In this document: piece by piece, positions 12,746-25,285 of the stretch | How positions within the stretch are numbered: the stretch's first letter is position 1 | How the letters are laid out: the number at the start of each line of letters is the position of its first letter | Source of the DNA: Octopus sinensis | Taxonomy: Eukaryota | DNA: 64,000 nucleotides | Direction: 5' to 3' | NCBI RefSeq assembly: GCF_006345805.1 | Contig: NW_021832232.1 | Location: forward strand, 372,001-436,000 | Notes under the pieces: generated by a model | Seen by the model: only the letters and a program-made list of their open reading frames with translations | Database searches by the model: none | What the model was told of the DNA's origin: nothing | Position numbers and translations under genes: made by a program

Positions 12746-15003
12746 AATCCTACGAGGCGGTACTTAATAACTAGCTTATTCCGTTTTCCATTTAGTTATG
12801 AATGTTTAATTAACAAAAAAATACATAAAATTACTATTTAAAGCTTAGAATTCAATTTCGATTTACTTTTAAAAATATTTTTAATTAGAATATATCAGAA
12901 AATAAGAAAATTGACGATCAATATGGAGACGTAAATATATTGCGAAAATATTTGCGAATATGACGCTATTTATTTGAAGAATCTTACGTTTGTTTATGTA
13001 TAAAATGTTTTAGAGTTTGAATAATCATTTATTCTATTTTTAGAAACAAAAAATAGCAAAATGAATATTTATTTACCAAAGTTTGGATATTTCTATATGC
13101 AAGAATATAATATAAAAAATGCTACAATCAAAAATTATCGATACTTAAAAAATAAAAATGGTATTATTTTCCAAACTAATTACTGAGACAATAATTGTTC
13201 TATCATAAAATCGTCAAAATATCCGATAGGAGATGCGAAATTTTCACCTCAGCTTTTATCAATTAACCAATCCTTTCCGATTGAAGCCAAATTATATCGA
13301 GGTTAAAATTGTATTTTAAATGAAAGCACAATTTGTGCTGCAGCAATATTCACAAAATATTTAAAGCAGAATAACCACAATTAATCATTGCTAATTGAAC
13401 TATTAATCATCAACAATTTTTTCTAATCATCCAAAAATTGTGACTAATTTTTTATCTGATTTCTTTTAATAAAATCTTTTTAATTTTTTATTCTAATTTA
13501 TATTGAAAGAATTTATCTACGACAATTAATTTAAAATTTATTCAGGAATAATTACAGTCAAAGTAGACCCCAATTTCGATCATTCGCCACTTTTTGACGA
13601 AAATATCAAAATTTTATAAGAAGAATTCATTACGCAGTTTCAGTTAATGACTTTTTCTAAAAATATTTGCGAAAATATATTAATCTATTTTTTGAAAAAT
13701 CGTTTATCTTAAATTGAAGAATCGAAGTTGTATTTGGCTCGAAAAATAAATTGGCTTCGGATTTTGATGACAATGCAATTTATAAAAGCAAAAAATAGTA
13801 CAAGATTATGAAATAACTGATTTATGGAAGCAATGGATATTTCAGATAAAACAGAAAAATTTTAAAATTAAATTATTCCATGGAGAATTATCAATAACTG
13901 AAAATCTAAATCAAATTGAAAATTTTCAAATATTTTTATCTAGAAATTACAAACAATATGATGTGAAATGTACAATGTGACAACTGGTGTTTTTTTATAA
14001 AATTTCCTTCAAAAAGCATTTGCCCAAAACTCGACTTGAAATAAAATCCTTAAGACGGTTGAAACTTAATAATCATGCTTAGAAATATGTTTTAAAAAAC
14101 ATTAAAATTGAGCATATTTAAAAATATTTTCAAAAGCATGATGCTAAAAAAATTCTTAATGAATGGCTTATCATTGAATTGAATTAAAAAGAAAAAAACA
14201 AAAAATTCTAATTATGACCAATGCCCGAAATAATGATTTTTTTTGATTTTTAATTTAATTATTTTTAATTTTTAATTCTAATTTGATAAATTTGATATTG
14301 ATTATCAGTTATCGACAATTCAGTTATCGCCATTTTTTTTTCAAATTTGAGTAAACGGGGTTAATTAGTTTTATTAAAAATCATTAAGCCACAGCTGTCA
14401 AAGAATTTCATAGACAGAATTGATTGGAGTTTTGGAAATTCGATGCTTATGATCCTTTTCTGTTTTATTTTGTCTTCTAAATCAAAAATTGATAGTTCAT
14501 TTTAGTTAAGCACAACATTTCAAAATTCAAAAACAATATTTTTGAATTTCAAACTGTGGCGTGGTCAGTCATAGTTAGAGTCAGATATTTGTCATAGAAA
14601 GCGTATTTCATTTACAAGTCAATTTTCCGTTTTTTTACTGAAAATGCTACATTCAGTTCTCAATTTTATTTTAAAAGTGTTTATCAAAACTACTTCTAAA
14701 GTGAAAAATTACGAAAGACATTACAGTCACAAAATAAATACTTTTACCACAATTTTTATAGATTAAGAAATTTAAGTTGAGTTTAGCAGTTTGGTATAAC
14801 TTTATGCTTGATGGCATATGCCAATAATATTTTGTCATCTTATCAATTTACAAACCAAACTTCCAAAACTTGACATTTCCCCAATTATGAACTAATTATT
14901 TTTTGTTTGTTAATCATCAAAATATCAAAGTGCATTAATTTTTTAATTCCCACTCAAAAATGAATCAAAAAGAATCAAATGTTAGAGCTAAGAATTTCAG
15001 GAA

Positions 15004-16483
15004 TTACTTGAACAGCTTCTTCACAGACATATCCTCAGCGCCCTTCTGCATTACCTACACGACCAATAAACACACATTAAACCTTGGCCACAGCCAATTC
15101 AAAATCCTCTTGTGTAACATGAACCCTACTCTCTCGCAAAGCAAACATTCCCGCCTCAGTACAAACAGCCTAACAAACACTCCCAGACACCACACCTTCA
15201 TTTCTGCCCCACTGGCCCCGCCCATCATACTCGCAATCTTAACCAAATCAATCCCTCGAGTTAAATTCATTTTCCTCGAATGAATTTTAAGAATTGAAGC
15301 CCGGGACTAAAATATGGAATAACCACTGAGTCACCTCTTCCGATGGACATGGAAACATTATCTTTTTGTCAATCCTGCCTGTCCGGAGAAGTGCCTGGTC
15401 GAGCATATCAATCCGATTTGTGGCCATTATGACCTACCAATAGAAGAAACAGGCACTTTAATGTTCTGTTTGGACTCAAATCCATCAAGCTGGTTAAGTA
15501 TCTCCAACATTGTTCTCTGCACTTCACTGTCTCCTGTCACATTAAACCGAAATAAAAAATAACCCCCGGAAGATCCCTGAACTCTGGTGGATCCAATCGA
15601 ATCAATCTCATCCATAAAAATAATAGAAGGGGCACGTTCTCTGGCCATCACAAACAACTCCCGAACCATCCGGGACCCTTCTCCGATGAACTTTTGAACC
15701 AATTCAGAGCCCGAGACTCTGATAAATGTACACTGAGTGTGATGAGCCACAGCTCTGGCCAACAATGTCTTGCCAGTGCCAGGCGGACCATAAAGAAGGA
15801 CTCCCTTAAATAGAAGACTTGGATTAAACCTTAGGTTGAGTGATCCCCAAAGTTTCCAAAATCTCAGGATGTTTCAAAGGAAGTTCAATAACTTCTTTAA
15901 TCTCTTCAATCTGCTGATCAAGCCCTCCAATCATGTCATATGTCGAATCGGGGACTTTTTCAACCATCATTAGCGAGACAAGGGGGTCAATCTTGCTCGG
16001 AAGTATTTTATGTAACACATAAGTATCACTTCTTAGGGCCACTCTGGCATTTGGAGTGATGTCGCTTATTTTCACGTTTTTATCGACATCTACAATGAAC
16101 TTTCCCTCATAGTGGACCTGAATAAGTGGTTATGGGACATTTACTTTGACCAGGACTTTATCCTTGCCCATAACTCGCACAACTTCGCCGACATATGAAC
16201 CCTGTTCTTGTAGAGTTTGAAGTTCTTCTTTTAAGGTTCGGACTGTTTAAATAGAAATTAATATTTTGCCTTTATTGTTGAATAAATTCCGTTCGGCTTC
16301 AAGTCTTTTGAGATTGTGATTTCCATCTGCTATTTGTGCCTAAATATAGAGGAGGAATATACTTGTAGTTTCTGTATTTTGCATATATAATACTGATCCA
16401 GTCCCATAGAGTCCACTTCGCTGAGGGCTCGGGCAGATAATAGCTAAATATAATAAATATGCACAAACGGGAATAGACGTCAT
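15004..16483 (-). CDS. PSMC5: 26S proteasome AAA-ATPase Rpt6
   Basis: [90 protein letters not shown]; introns 23-30 nt; start codon choice (16483 vs internal MGLDQYY) uncertain. Confidence 0.97.
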
Positions 16484-16924
16484 GCACAGGTAACAATGAT
16501 ACAAAATTATAACTAAATTTAAATTTATTAAATAATATGTTGTTTGAATATAGTTAATCTAAATATTCGATCGATTTAAGAAGTATTTATCTAATCATCT
16601 CAAATCTTCAAGTCAAAAAACGTCAATTTTTCAAAAAATAATTGAGCACCTGTATGTAGTTGTTTTCATAAATCAGTCTATAAAAAATTATAAAAATAAT
16701 TAATATAAGAAAACTGCTGAAGCTTAACTATGAATAAGCCAATAAATGACGATTTTTTTAAGTCTCAATTTCTTTAATTTCATGTTTTTTTCACATATTT
16801 TTTTAAAGGTGACCATACCATAGACCAGCCTTTCTTAACCCTTTTTAACGGGGACCCTCAAAGTGCTCAAAAAATTTCAGAGACCCCTTAGTATCGATTT
16901 TATTTTAATCAAGAATCCCTTAGT

Positions 16925-17110
16925 ATCGATCATTGTGGAGTCATCCGGAGTCTTTGGTCCGGAATCAATCGCTTTCATTAGGAAACTTGGATCCCTGATC
17001 TCGGTTCGGACGAAAGATAGAAGGGAGACCGAATGGCTGTTTCAACGCCTTTCAACAACCGTTGTCAGGGGTAATAGCCACGCTATCCTTTCTGCTCTTA
17101 AACAACCTTA
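16925..17110 (+). mobile_element. CRE-clade 3' fragment
   Basis: IIVESSGVFGPESIAFIRKLG..WLFQRLSTTVVRGNSHAILS. Confidence 0.8.
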
Positions 17111-17700
17111 ATTAACCTATATTTTCTTCCTTTTGTTAAAAAAATACATTTAATAGGTTTATCAAGAATTAAATCAAATTTTATTAATAAAAAGTTATAC
17201 TGATGGGACTTTTTTTCTTGCATTTTAGAGATTAAAATATCAATGTTAGGCTTTGTCTCAGATAAGACAATACGCAAATTATCTTCTACTTTAAGACGAT
17301 TTTGATACTTTAACTTTAAATATGCAAGATGTGACATTGCCGTTTCACGTAGATATGTTGTGTGAAATGGAATTAACTTCTCTAGTGCTATCAAACTGAG
17401 TAATGGATATACAGTTTTTAGTTCGCACCAGAATTCCATTAATGTACTTTTTTTAAACGACATCAAAGCACTTTGGGAACTTTTTAGTTCATAAGGGATT
17501 CTTTAATTTTGAGATCGCCATCTACATTCATGGGATAAAGGGAGAGATTTACAATCCAATCAGGAACAGAATTTTGTGCAGAAAAATAATTTTCAAATTT
17601 CCCAACAAGATTTGCAAGATGTTCATCAATAATTTCCAATAACGAATTATCGAGACCTGTATTTCGATAAAAAATTTCAACATGAGGAAACATTGATATA

Positions 17701-19453
17701 CAGTAGACTATCCATTTAACGAAAAAAAATTTAACGAAAATATTCATTTTACGAAAGTCAAAATATTTTTTTACGTTTTTCCTTAGATAAATTCAAAAAT
17801 AAAATTTTTTTTTCTTTGTATTAGTGAATATTTAAATATATTTAACGAATATTTAAATAACGAAAATTAAAATTTTTGATAAAATTTTAAAATAACTTTT
17901 CCTCGCTATTTCTTTGTAGTAAACCATGTGTGCAAGGGTGAACAATATGAAGAAAAAAAGAAAAACTTATCAAATTCAACAAAAACTGGAAGTTATTGAT
18001 TTCAAGAAGAATAATCCTGCTGTTACTCAAGAAAATTTGGCTCAGCGGTTTAATATGTCTATTGGAGTGATCAATTCAACGTTGAAGAAAATGCAATTGT
18101 ATGGATCAAGGCGTCACAAACAAAAAAAGAATATTACATTTAAAAGTTGTACTGATAAGATATATGAACCACTATATGCATGGATTCAGAACAAACGTTT
18201 CTGTAATCACACCATAACTAATGAAATGGTACGCGAAATGGCACTCCAAATTGCTCAACGATTTTATATTGAAAATTTCAAAGCATCTCACCCATGGATT
18301 TCACGCTTTAAGGAAGAGTATAAAATAAAAACACTCACGATTTCTGGAGAAGAACAATTAGTGGATCCCGTTTTGCTTATAAATTCATATGAACGCTTTG
18401 CAGCCATGTTAAAAAAATATGGATCGAAAAATTTTTACAACTGCGATGAAACTGCACTTTTTTCAAATGTACTCTAAAAAAAACATTAGTTTTTGACTCC
18501 GAATCAAGGGCTTCAGGAAAATTTTCTAAAGAACGAATAACACTGTTATTATGCACAAATATGGAAGGAGATAAAGAGCATCCGTTGGTAATCGAAAAAT
18601 TCAAAAATCCTCATGGTTTTAAAAATATTAATATGAATAATCTTGGGATTCAATATGCAAATAGCAATAAATCTTGGATGACCAGTTTAATTTTTAAAAA
18701 TTGGGTTGAACGGTTAAATTCCAAAATGAGTGTGGAAAATAGAAAAATTTTGCTTCTTTTATATAATGCGCCAGTTCACTATTTTGATGGCGAATTCAGT
18801 AATATCGAATTGTATTTTCTTCCTCCAAGACAACATCTAAGATTCAACCATTGATCAAGGGATTGTGCATTCATTTAAATCGTTGTATAAAAAAGGAATG
18901 ACTAGAAATTTGAGTATGGGAACAAATATAGGAACATTGTCATATACAGATGAACTTACCAAATTCAAATTAGTGAATGCTCTACCTTTAATTATTGAGG
19001 CTTGGAACGAAGTCACAGTGGACACTATCAAAAATTGCTTTAACAAGGCATTAAATAATTGGCCGAAGATAGATGAAAAAATACTTGAAGAATCCACTGA
19101 CGAAAAAGGTATTAAATTTAAATCACCTTACAATTAAAGATAATAAAAGTGAAATTATGATTGAGTTTCCTGTCTGTGCACCTGTCGTCTGCGAAGAAAA
19201 CGCGTATCTTGATACAATACAATGTGAGGAAGAAAATGAGCATGAAGAAATAGATAGCACAAATGACAATCCCATTGGTTATGCAGCTGCACTTAAATAT
19301 TTGGAAAATATTGAAAAATATTTTTTGCAAGAATCTGGTGAACATATTCACCTAATTACAAATTTGAGAAACATTTTTAATTAAACAATTTTGTTCGTTA
19401 AATTCATTTAACGAATGCTCAATTTTCATTTTCGTTAAATGAATAGTCTACTG
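17701..19453 (+). mobile_element. pogo/Tigger DNA transposon (CENP-B HTH + DDE_1), disrupted
   Basis: TIRs cagtagacta(t/c)catttaacgaaaa, TA TSD at 17699-17700 and 19454-19455; ORFs with HTH, FKASHPWISRFK, NCDETALF, YNAPVH; premature stop at about 18475 and a frameshift at about 18830. Confidence 0.93.
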
Positions 19454-20925
19454 TATTTAATTTTAAATGATTTTTTCATTTAATTCAATCGAAGACATAA
19501 ATTTGCCTAAAAATTCATAAATATAGCTAAAATCACTCGGATAAATTAAAATCACTCAAAATAGAAAAAATTTCAGCAAGATAAAATAATTTTTTTAATT
19601 CGATAGATTCCATCAATTCAAATAAATCAAAATGATTATTATCTTTCAAAAACATTGAAATAGCATTAGACAACTTAACAACTCTTTTCAAAGCCATCTG
19701 ACTTCTGAATGATAAACAAAATTGAATGTTGGATCCAAGTTCTTCTGACAGCTTCTGAAAAATTATATGATTAACTCTTTTGAACGGATAATATTAATTC
19801 TTTTTATTATTTGATCGAGGACAATCTTAATCTCTGATGGTTTTTGATGCAAGAGAATATTTGTGTATTGCACAATAGAAAGATCGGATATTTGGATTCT
19901 TTTAATATACATATGCAATAAATTCTGACCGATATTCAAGCATTGAAGAAGGTCCGTCAGTGCAAATTGATACAACTTCATTCCAGTCAATAAAATTAAG
20001 TTCCATAAATTTGTCAACAACAGCAAAAATATCCTTACCTTGTGTTCTTTCATCAAGTTCGATACAAAAAAGAAAATCCTCTTTTCCCTCGACAAACGTA
20101 CAAAAGAAACCAACTTACAAATCGAAGTTATATCGGTCGATTCATCGAACTGGATGCTTATCGGGAAAGAACTGCAGTTAATACGATGAACAATCTGAGA
20201 CAAGATATCACCAGACATATCTTGAATTCTTCGAGAAATTGTATCATTTGACAAAGAGACCTCTTTGAATCTGGATACAGAATTGGAGCCAAGCAAAATT
20301 TCGGCCATTGAAAAAATATAAGGTTTTATTAAAAGTTCGCAGGAAGAATGAGGTGCCTTATTTTTTGCAATTATATAAGCTACCTTTAATTTAAAAAAAG
20401 AATAAACATTGTATAATACGCGAACAGTAGGTTTGGTTTGAAAAAATGTCATTTTTGGCCTGGAATGATAACTTTTTCGCTTAGCGGAGAACTCAAGCTA
20501 AGTTTTGAACATGGATGAACAGACTCCAGATTCCTTTTTAACTTTGCCGGTTTAAGTGAATTATTGATAAGAATACTATAACAAATCATAATTGAACCTT
20601 ATCATAATTGTTATCAGAAGATCGATATTTTGTGAATCTATATAGAACATAAGATTCACAGCAGAATCGTTTCTTATCCGACGTTAAACGCATGATTAAA
20701 GTGGACAAAAAATTTATTTTTATATTTAGAGCATCTTTATGAAAAAGAAACAGAGACTACATTAAAAAAATATATTGAAAATATAAAATTCTGGAACTCG
20801 TCGAGAAACGCTGTCATAGATCCAAAAGATTAATTTGGAAATGTATTTTATTCAAAAGGATATCGAAAATTGTGATAATTCGTTCGTTCAATATTAATAC
20901 AATAAAGTTCAATTTTGCTTGAAAT

Positions 20926-22247
20926 TTTGCTAACATGAGATATGAGAACAATTGTGCGGTAATTCGAGCAGACTTTGCTGTCGCCCTTTTTAGGCAACAG
21001 AATAAATAATAATAAAACAACGTCTATCTCCAATCTCAGAAAGGATTCTTTCAAATTACCAAGCCGGTTTTAGACGTGGTCGTGGTACGAGAGATCACAT
21101 CTCCAGCCTTCGATGGATTTTGGAAAAATCCCGTGAATCCCAGAAGCCTCTTTTCATGTGTTTCATTGACTATCGCAAGGCTTTTGATTGCGTATCTCAC
21201 GTGAAACTTTGGTCCGTCCTGGAAGAATTTGGAATTCCTCATCATCTCATATCGATAATAAAATCTCTTTATACTGACCAAGTGGGTTTTGTGCGGACCC
21301 TATATGGAGACACAGACTGTTTCGGTATTGGGCGGGGCGTCCGACAAGGCTGTATTCTATCCCCGCTACTGTTTAATATTTACACGGAGAAAGTCATGGA
21401 GGAATTAAATTGCGAAAATGACATCGAAATCAAGATTGGTTGCCTCAACATAAATAATCTCCGTTATGCAGACGATACTACTTTGCTGTCTGAAACAGAG
21501 GATGGCTTGAGGCAATTAATTACGAGAGTCAAAGACAACAGTGCCTCTTTTGGCTTATTCCTAAATGTGAAAAAAACCAAAATAATGACAACTTCACTGT
21601 CTAGAAAAATTAGTGTCATCGTCGACGACGAAGAAATAGAATGTGTTGAAAGTTATATGTTTCTTGGAAGTCTGATAACCAGAGATGGTGGTTGTGTCTC
21701 AGAAATTAATAGACAGATGGCTATGTGCAAGAGTACGATGATAAAACTGAATCGGATCTGGAGTAGCAAGGATCTTTCTCTCAAGACAAAGATAAGACTA
21801 GTCAACGAGAGTGTGTTTCCCGTTTTTCTCTATGGTTGTTAATCTTGGACACTGTCCAAAGCTCATAGCAAAAGAGTGGACTCACTGGAATTATGGTGCT
21901 GGCGCAAACTTTTGAACATAAATTGGTACGAGAAAGTGTCAAATGTCGTTGTTCTCGAAAAGATTAAACCTACACTGTCGCTTGTGGCGAAAGTTTGAAA
22001 GCAACAATTATCATATTTGGGGCACGTGCTTCGGGGGAATGGTATAGGAAAAAGAATCATGCTGTCTTCGTTCGCTGGAAAAAGGAAGCAGGGTAGACCG
22101 AAACTAAACTGGACATCTGAAGTAGTGAAACTTACCGAAAATCTTTTGTCGGAAATAGCAGTGCTGGTGGGGGATAGAGCTTCGTGGAGGAACTTGTCTT
22201 ACAAAATCGCCAATGGCCGGAATCAGCTGAATATGGCTTAACTTAAC
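20926..22247 (+). mobile_element. RTE-clade LINE, 5'-truncated with 5' inversion, 12-bp TSD
   Basis: ORF 21120-21842 (FIDYRKAFD, GVRQGCILSP, YADD); (cttaa)n tail; TSD tttgcttgaaat at 20914-20925 and 22248-22259; empty site at about 27008-27019. Confidence 0.92.
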
Positions 22248-22288
22248 TTTGCTTGAAATGACACAATGCCCTTCTTGCAATGAATAAT

Positions 22289-22867
22289 CCAACATTCATC
22301 TTTTTTTGAAAAACTTAATAATTAGACGACTCTCAAATTTTTGTTTCTCGAGTTCCCCATAACTTCACTTTGATCGTCCCCGCCATGATCCTCAATCTTT
22401 TCCTGGGGCGTGCAGTCTTCGGGTCTCTTACAGGACTTGCTGATCTTCATAGAGAAATTATATTTCAGCCAGTCCTCATTTACGGAATTTGCAGAGTCCA
22501 GGATCTCACTGAAGCCATGTTTGTACTCAACAAACATGCTCTTCAGAGTAGCCTTCAACGTTACAGTCTGGATGTAAGAACGAACACGTTCTTTAATCCC
22601 AAGGAGCTCCATGTACTTGCGGTAGAACGTTGAGACGCTTCCATCTCACATAATAACGATTGGCACAATCTTCACCTTAGCCTTGTGAATCAGTTCTAAT
22701 CCACTAGCTAAAATGTCGTATTTGTGCAATTTTTTTATTTCCACACTCTTTAGGTTATCTATTAAAGTCACACCTACTTCAATAAGCCTTTTTTTGTCGT
22801 AGAGGAAAATGTCGGGTTTGTTATATTGTATTTTCAACTCTGTTGGAATTGTTGTATCAACTTGTAT
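22289..22867 (-). mobile_element. R4-type REL retrotransposon 3' part with 17-bp TSD
   Basis: YNKPDIFLYDK..IEVGVT..KYD..KVKIVPIV; TSD ttcttgcaatgaataat at 22272-22288 and 22868-22884; single copy of the site at about 27032-27048. Confidence 0.85.
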
Positions 22868-22916
22868 TTCTTGCAATGAATAATATCTATATTTCTTCCT
22901 TGAAATTGAATATCAA

Positions 22917-23012
22917 GTACGCTCTAATTCTTTCTTGATCGCGTCGGTTTTCGGTCCATGAAGTTTAGTTTCGGATTACTTTTTTTATGGAAATTGTTAC
23001 ATTAAAGCTAAA
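22917..23012 (+). mobile_element. CRE-clade extreme 3' fragment
   Basis: agtacgctctaattctttcttgatcgcgtcgg..ccatgaag matches 12651-12690; ends in an A-run; absent from unit 2. Confidence 0.7.
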
Positions 23013-23500
23013 AAAACCAAATAAATATATGGGCTTTTGCACTAATAAGTTGTTCAGTGAAACTTTTATTGTCCAATAATAAAACTATTGAGTCCCAAAG
23101 AGAAACAAACTCCTTTCACTTTTGTGTGTCACAGACACCAATCCCCTTCCTAATTAGTATCTTGAGAAATATAATCTTTCTTCATTTTCTGGTTTCAGAT
23201 GTACCAGATGATTTACCATATACATTCTGATCAATAATTTCAAACTCAATGATTCCATATCGACAATTCCTATGTAATAATTGTATAACGATAGGTCATG
23301 TTCATTGATGGCTTTAAACAAGTTGACTGAATTCAATTTGGTTCAATTTCCTGCATTCAAAAAAAGTTTTTATTGATTTAATTGAGAAATATTGTCCTCG
23401 AACAAATGTGTCAATAACAGCTGTGTACATATTCATATGAAATCAAAGGTTACAACAGGTGTGTAAAAGAATATAAAAACTCTGAAAAAAAGTTTAGAAA

Positions 23501-24498
23501 ATGTTTTTACTAGTGATTTTATTAACGGCATGGACAGAGGAAGGTAGTTACTCACCAATAAATCCAGGGGGTCAAATGTGCCTCAATTCAAAGTGCTACA
23601 CCTTGTTCAAACATAAAATGGGTTTTTTCGACGCTGAAAAATATTGTCGATCTATTGGAGGAGACTTGGCAGTTGTCCCGGATTCTAAAACCAACAAATT
23701 TCTCGTTGGTTTGTAGTTCTGAGACTATGATGCAAAGATAATTTCTATAGACCATACTACAACTACATTTATATAGGAATAAATGACATAAAAAAAGAAG
23801 GCCAGTTCATTAACAGTTACGGACATCAACAAGTGTGCTGAATTATTTATTTGTCAGAAATATTTTAGCTGGCATAAAGGACAACCAAGTAATAATAACG
23901 GAAATGAGAACTGCGTTCACATGTACCACACCAATGGGGAATGGAACGACAATACTTGTTCAACAAAAATGGCATTTTTATGCGAATTCCCTGGTTATAC
24001 TTTGTTTTTAATTTCAGAACACAACATCTGTCTCGATAAAAAATGCTATTCCCTCGAGAAAGAATATCCTGAAAAATATTCAGATGCCCGTCATTATTGT
24101 CGTAACATTGGTGGGGATTTGGCCGTCATTGATACACCAGAAATAAATAAATTTATACTTGGTTTCTACTCGCATACTCACTTTTAGACAAATTTCTTAC
24201 ACCAAAGAAAGTTCCACGTGCCTATTTTAATCTCAACAAGTTTCATTATACTGGAAAAGATTTTCAAGATTTGTACGACAGCAGACAAATGATTTTTGCA
24301 GATCCTGCTTTAAAATTTCGTAAACTTCAAACCTGATTTTTAAGAAAACAATTTTAACAAATGTGCAACTATTTTGGGGAATAATGGAATAATGGAAATA
24401 CATGACTGCGACGAGAATTTACCCTTTCTTTGTGAATGGCCAGGTTATTATGCCTACATTCATATTTAGTTCCAACTCTCCAGTGCACAGCACATTAA
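23501..24498 (+). CDS. Secreted two-domain C-type lectin, copy 1
   Basis: Hydrophobic N-terminus; CYTLF..AEKYCRSIGGDLA, YIGIND, WHKGQPS..ENCV..WNDNTC..FLCE, then a second CTLD; seven introns of 24-29 nt keep the frame to TAA at 24496-24498. Confidence 0.88.
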
Positions 24499-25285
24499 AC
24501 CTGAGACAATAACTAACCATTCTAACACTAACAAACAATAATTTAAATTGTTTAACTTTGTCAATACATTTCTGTTTTTATAACACTAAGTTTTGTTCAA
24601 AACGGTTAAAGTTTGATTAAAAAGAATAGATTATTAATTTGACATTCACTCCGGTGTCCTATATTCTGTCCATCTACTGGATTCAATACTCAATCGTTCC
24701 CCGCTTCTGAGAATATCTCGAAACATCGAGAGAATTATGTTCAAAAAACGATAGATAGCATCTTATTAATACAAAAACAGGGATTCTATTCAATAATGAT
24801 TGTTTCTTAAGCATTTAGTCATTGAATATTAAGCTATGGAGTCAAAAAGCACTCAATATAATTTTCCTTTTATTTTGAAACAAATTCTGGTATTTTAAAT
24901 CCTATAATTTATTACCAGAAAAATGTTTGTCTAATATTTGACCTCAATCGATCGACATAATCGTACTCGGGGAATCATTGCTTATAAAAATCATCCTTTT
25001 CTAACAACAGGCGCTGATGCATGGGCATCCAACAAACCATCAACTCATCCTTGGCTTTGTGTTTAAAACTACTAAATTCAAGCAGCCACAACTGTAAAGA
25101 TCTTATTTAAAGCTCATTTCAGTAAGTTTTTGAGCAATGCTATCAATGGGGTTTAGACATGCTAAATACTATTATTTAATTTGTGAAAAAATTAATTTTT
25201 TAATAAATTTTACTGTCATTGGTGCCACCAAAAATCAAATTTAGTTGGAGCTAATATCGGAAATAGTGCCTGATACTTCTTGCAA

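Larger units (their letters stand above)
16826..20400 (-). mobile_element. hAT (Buster/ZBED5-like) transposon, 5'-truncated, with nested Tigger and CRE
   Basis: ORFs 19763-20452 (SLSNDTISRRIQDM, SIQFDESTD), 17484-17747 and 17098-17466 (EFW..YPLLS..IPFHTTYL dimerisation domain); one TIR cagcctttcttaacc at 16826 preceded by ccatagac (nnnTAnnn). Confidence 0.8.
20401..25285 (+). repeat. Segmental duplication unit 1 (about 2.9 kb core plus three LINE insertions)
   Basis: Colinear with 26509-29386 once the RTE, R4 and CRE insertions are removed. Confidence 0.9.

Noticed and set aside
12900-14300. Long AT-rich stretch suspected to be a viral or Polinton remnant
   Set aside because: No open frames or recognisable motifs by manual translation
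14300-14370. TTAA-CCC end resembling a piggyBac terminus
   Set aside because: No partner TIR or transposase found
23020-23340. Possible decayed minus-strand lectin (WIGVCDTQ-like motif), also at 27110-27430
   Set aside because: In-frame stops in both copies and only a short motif match
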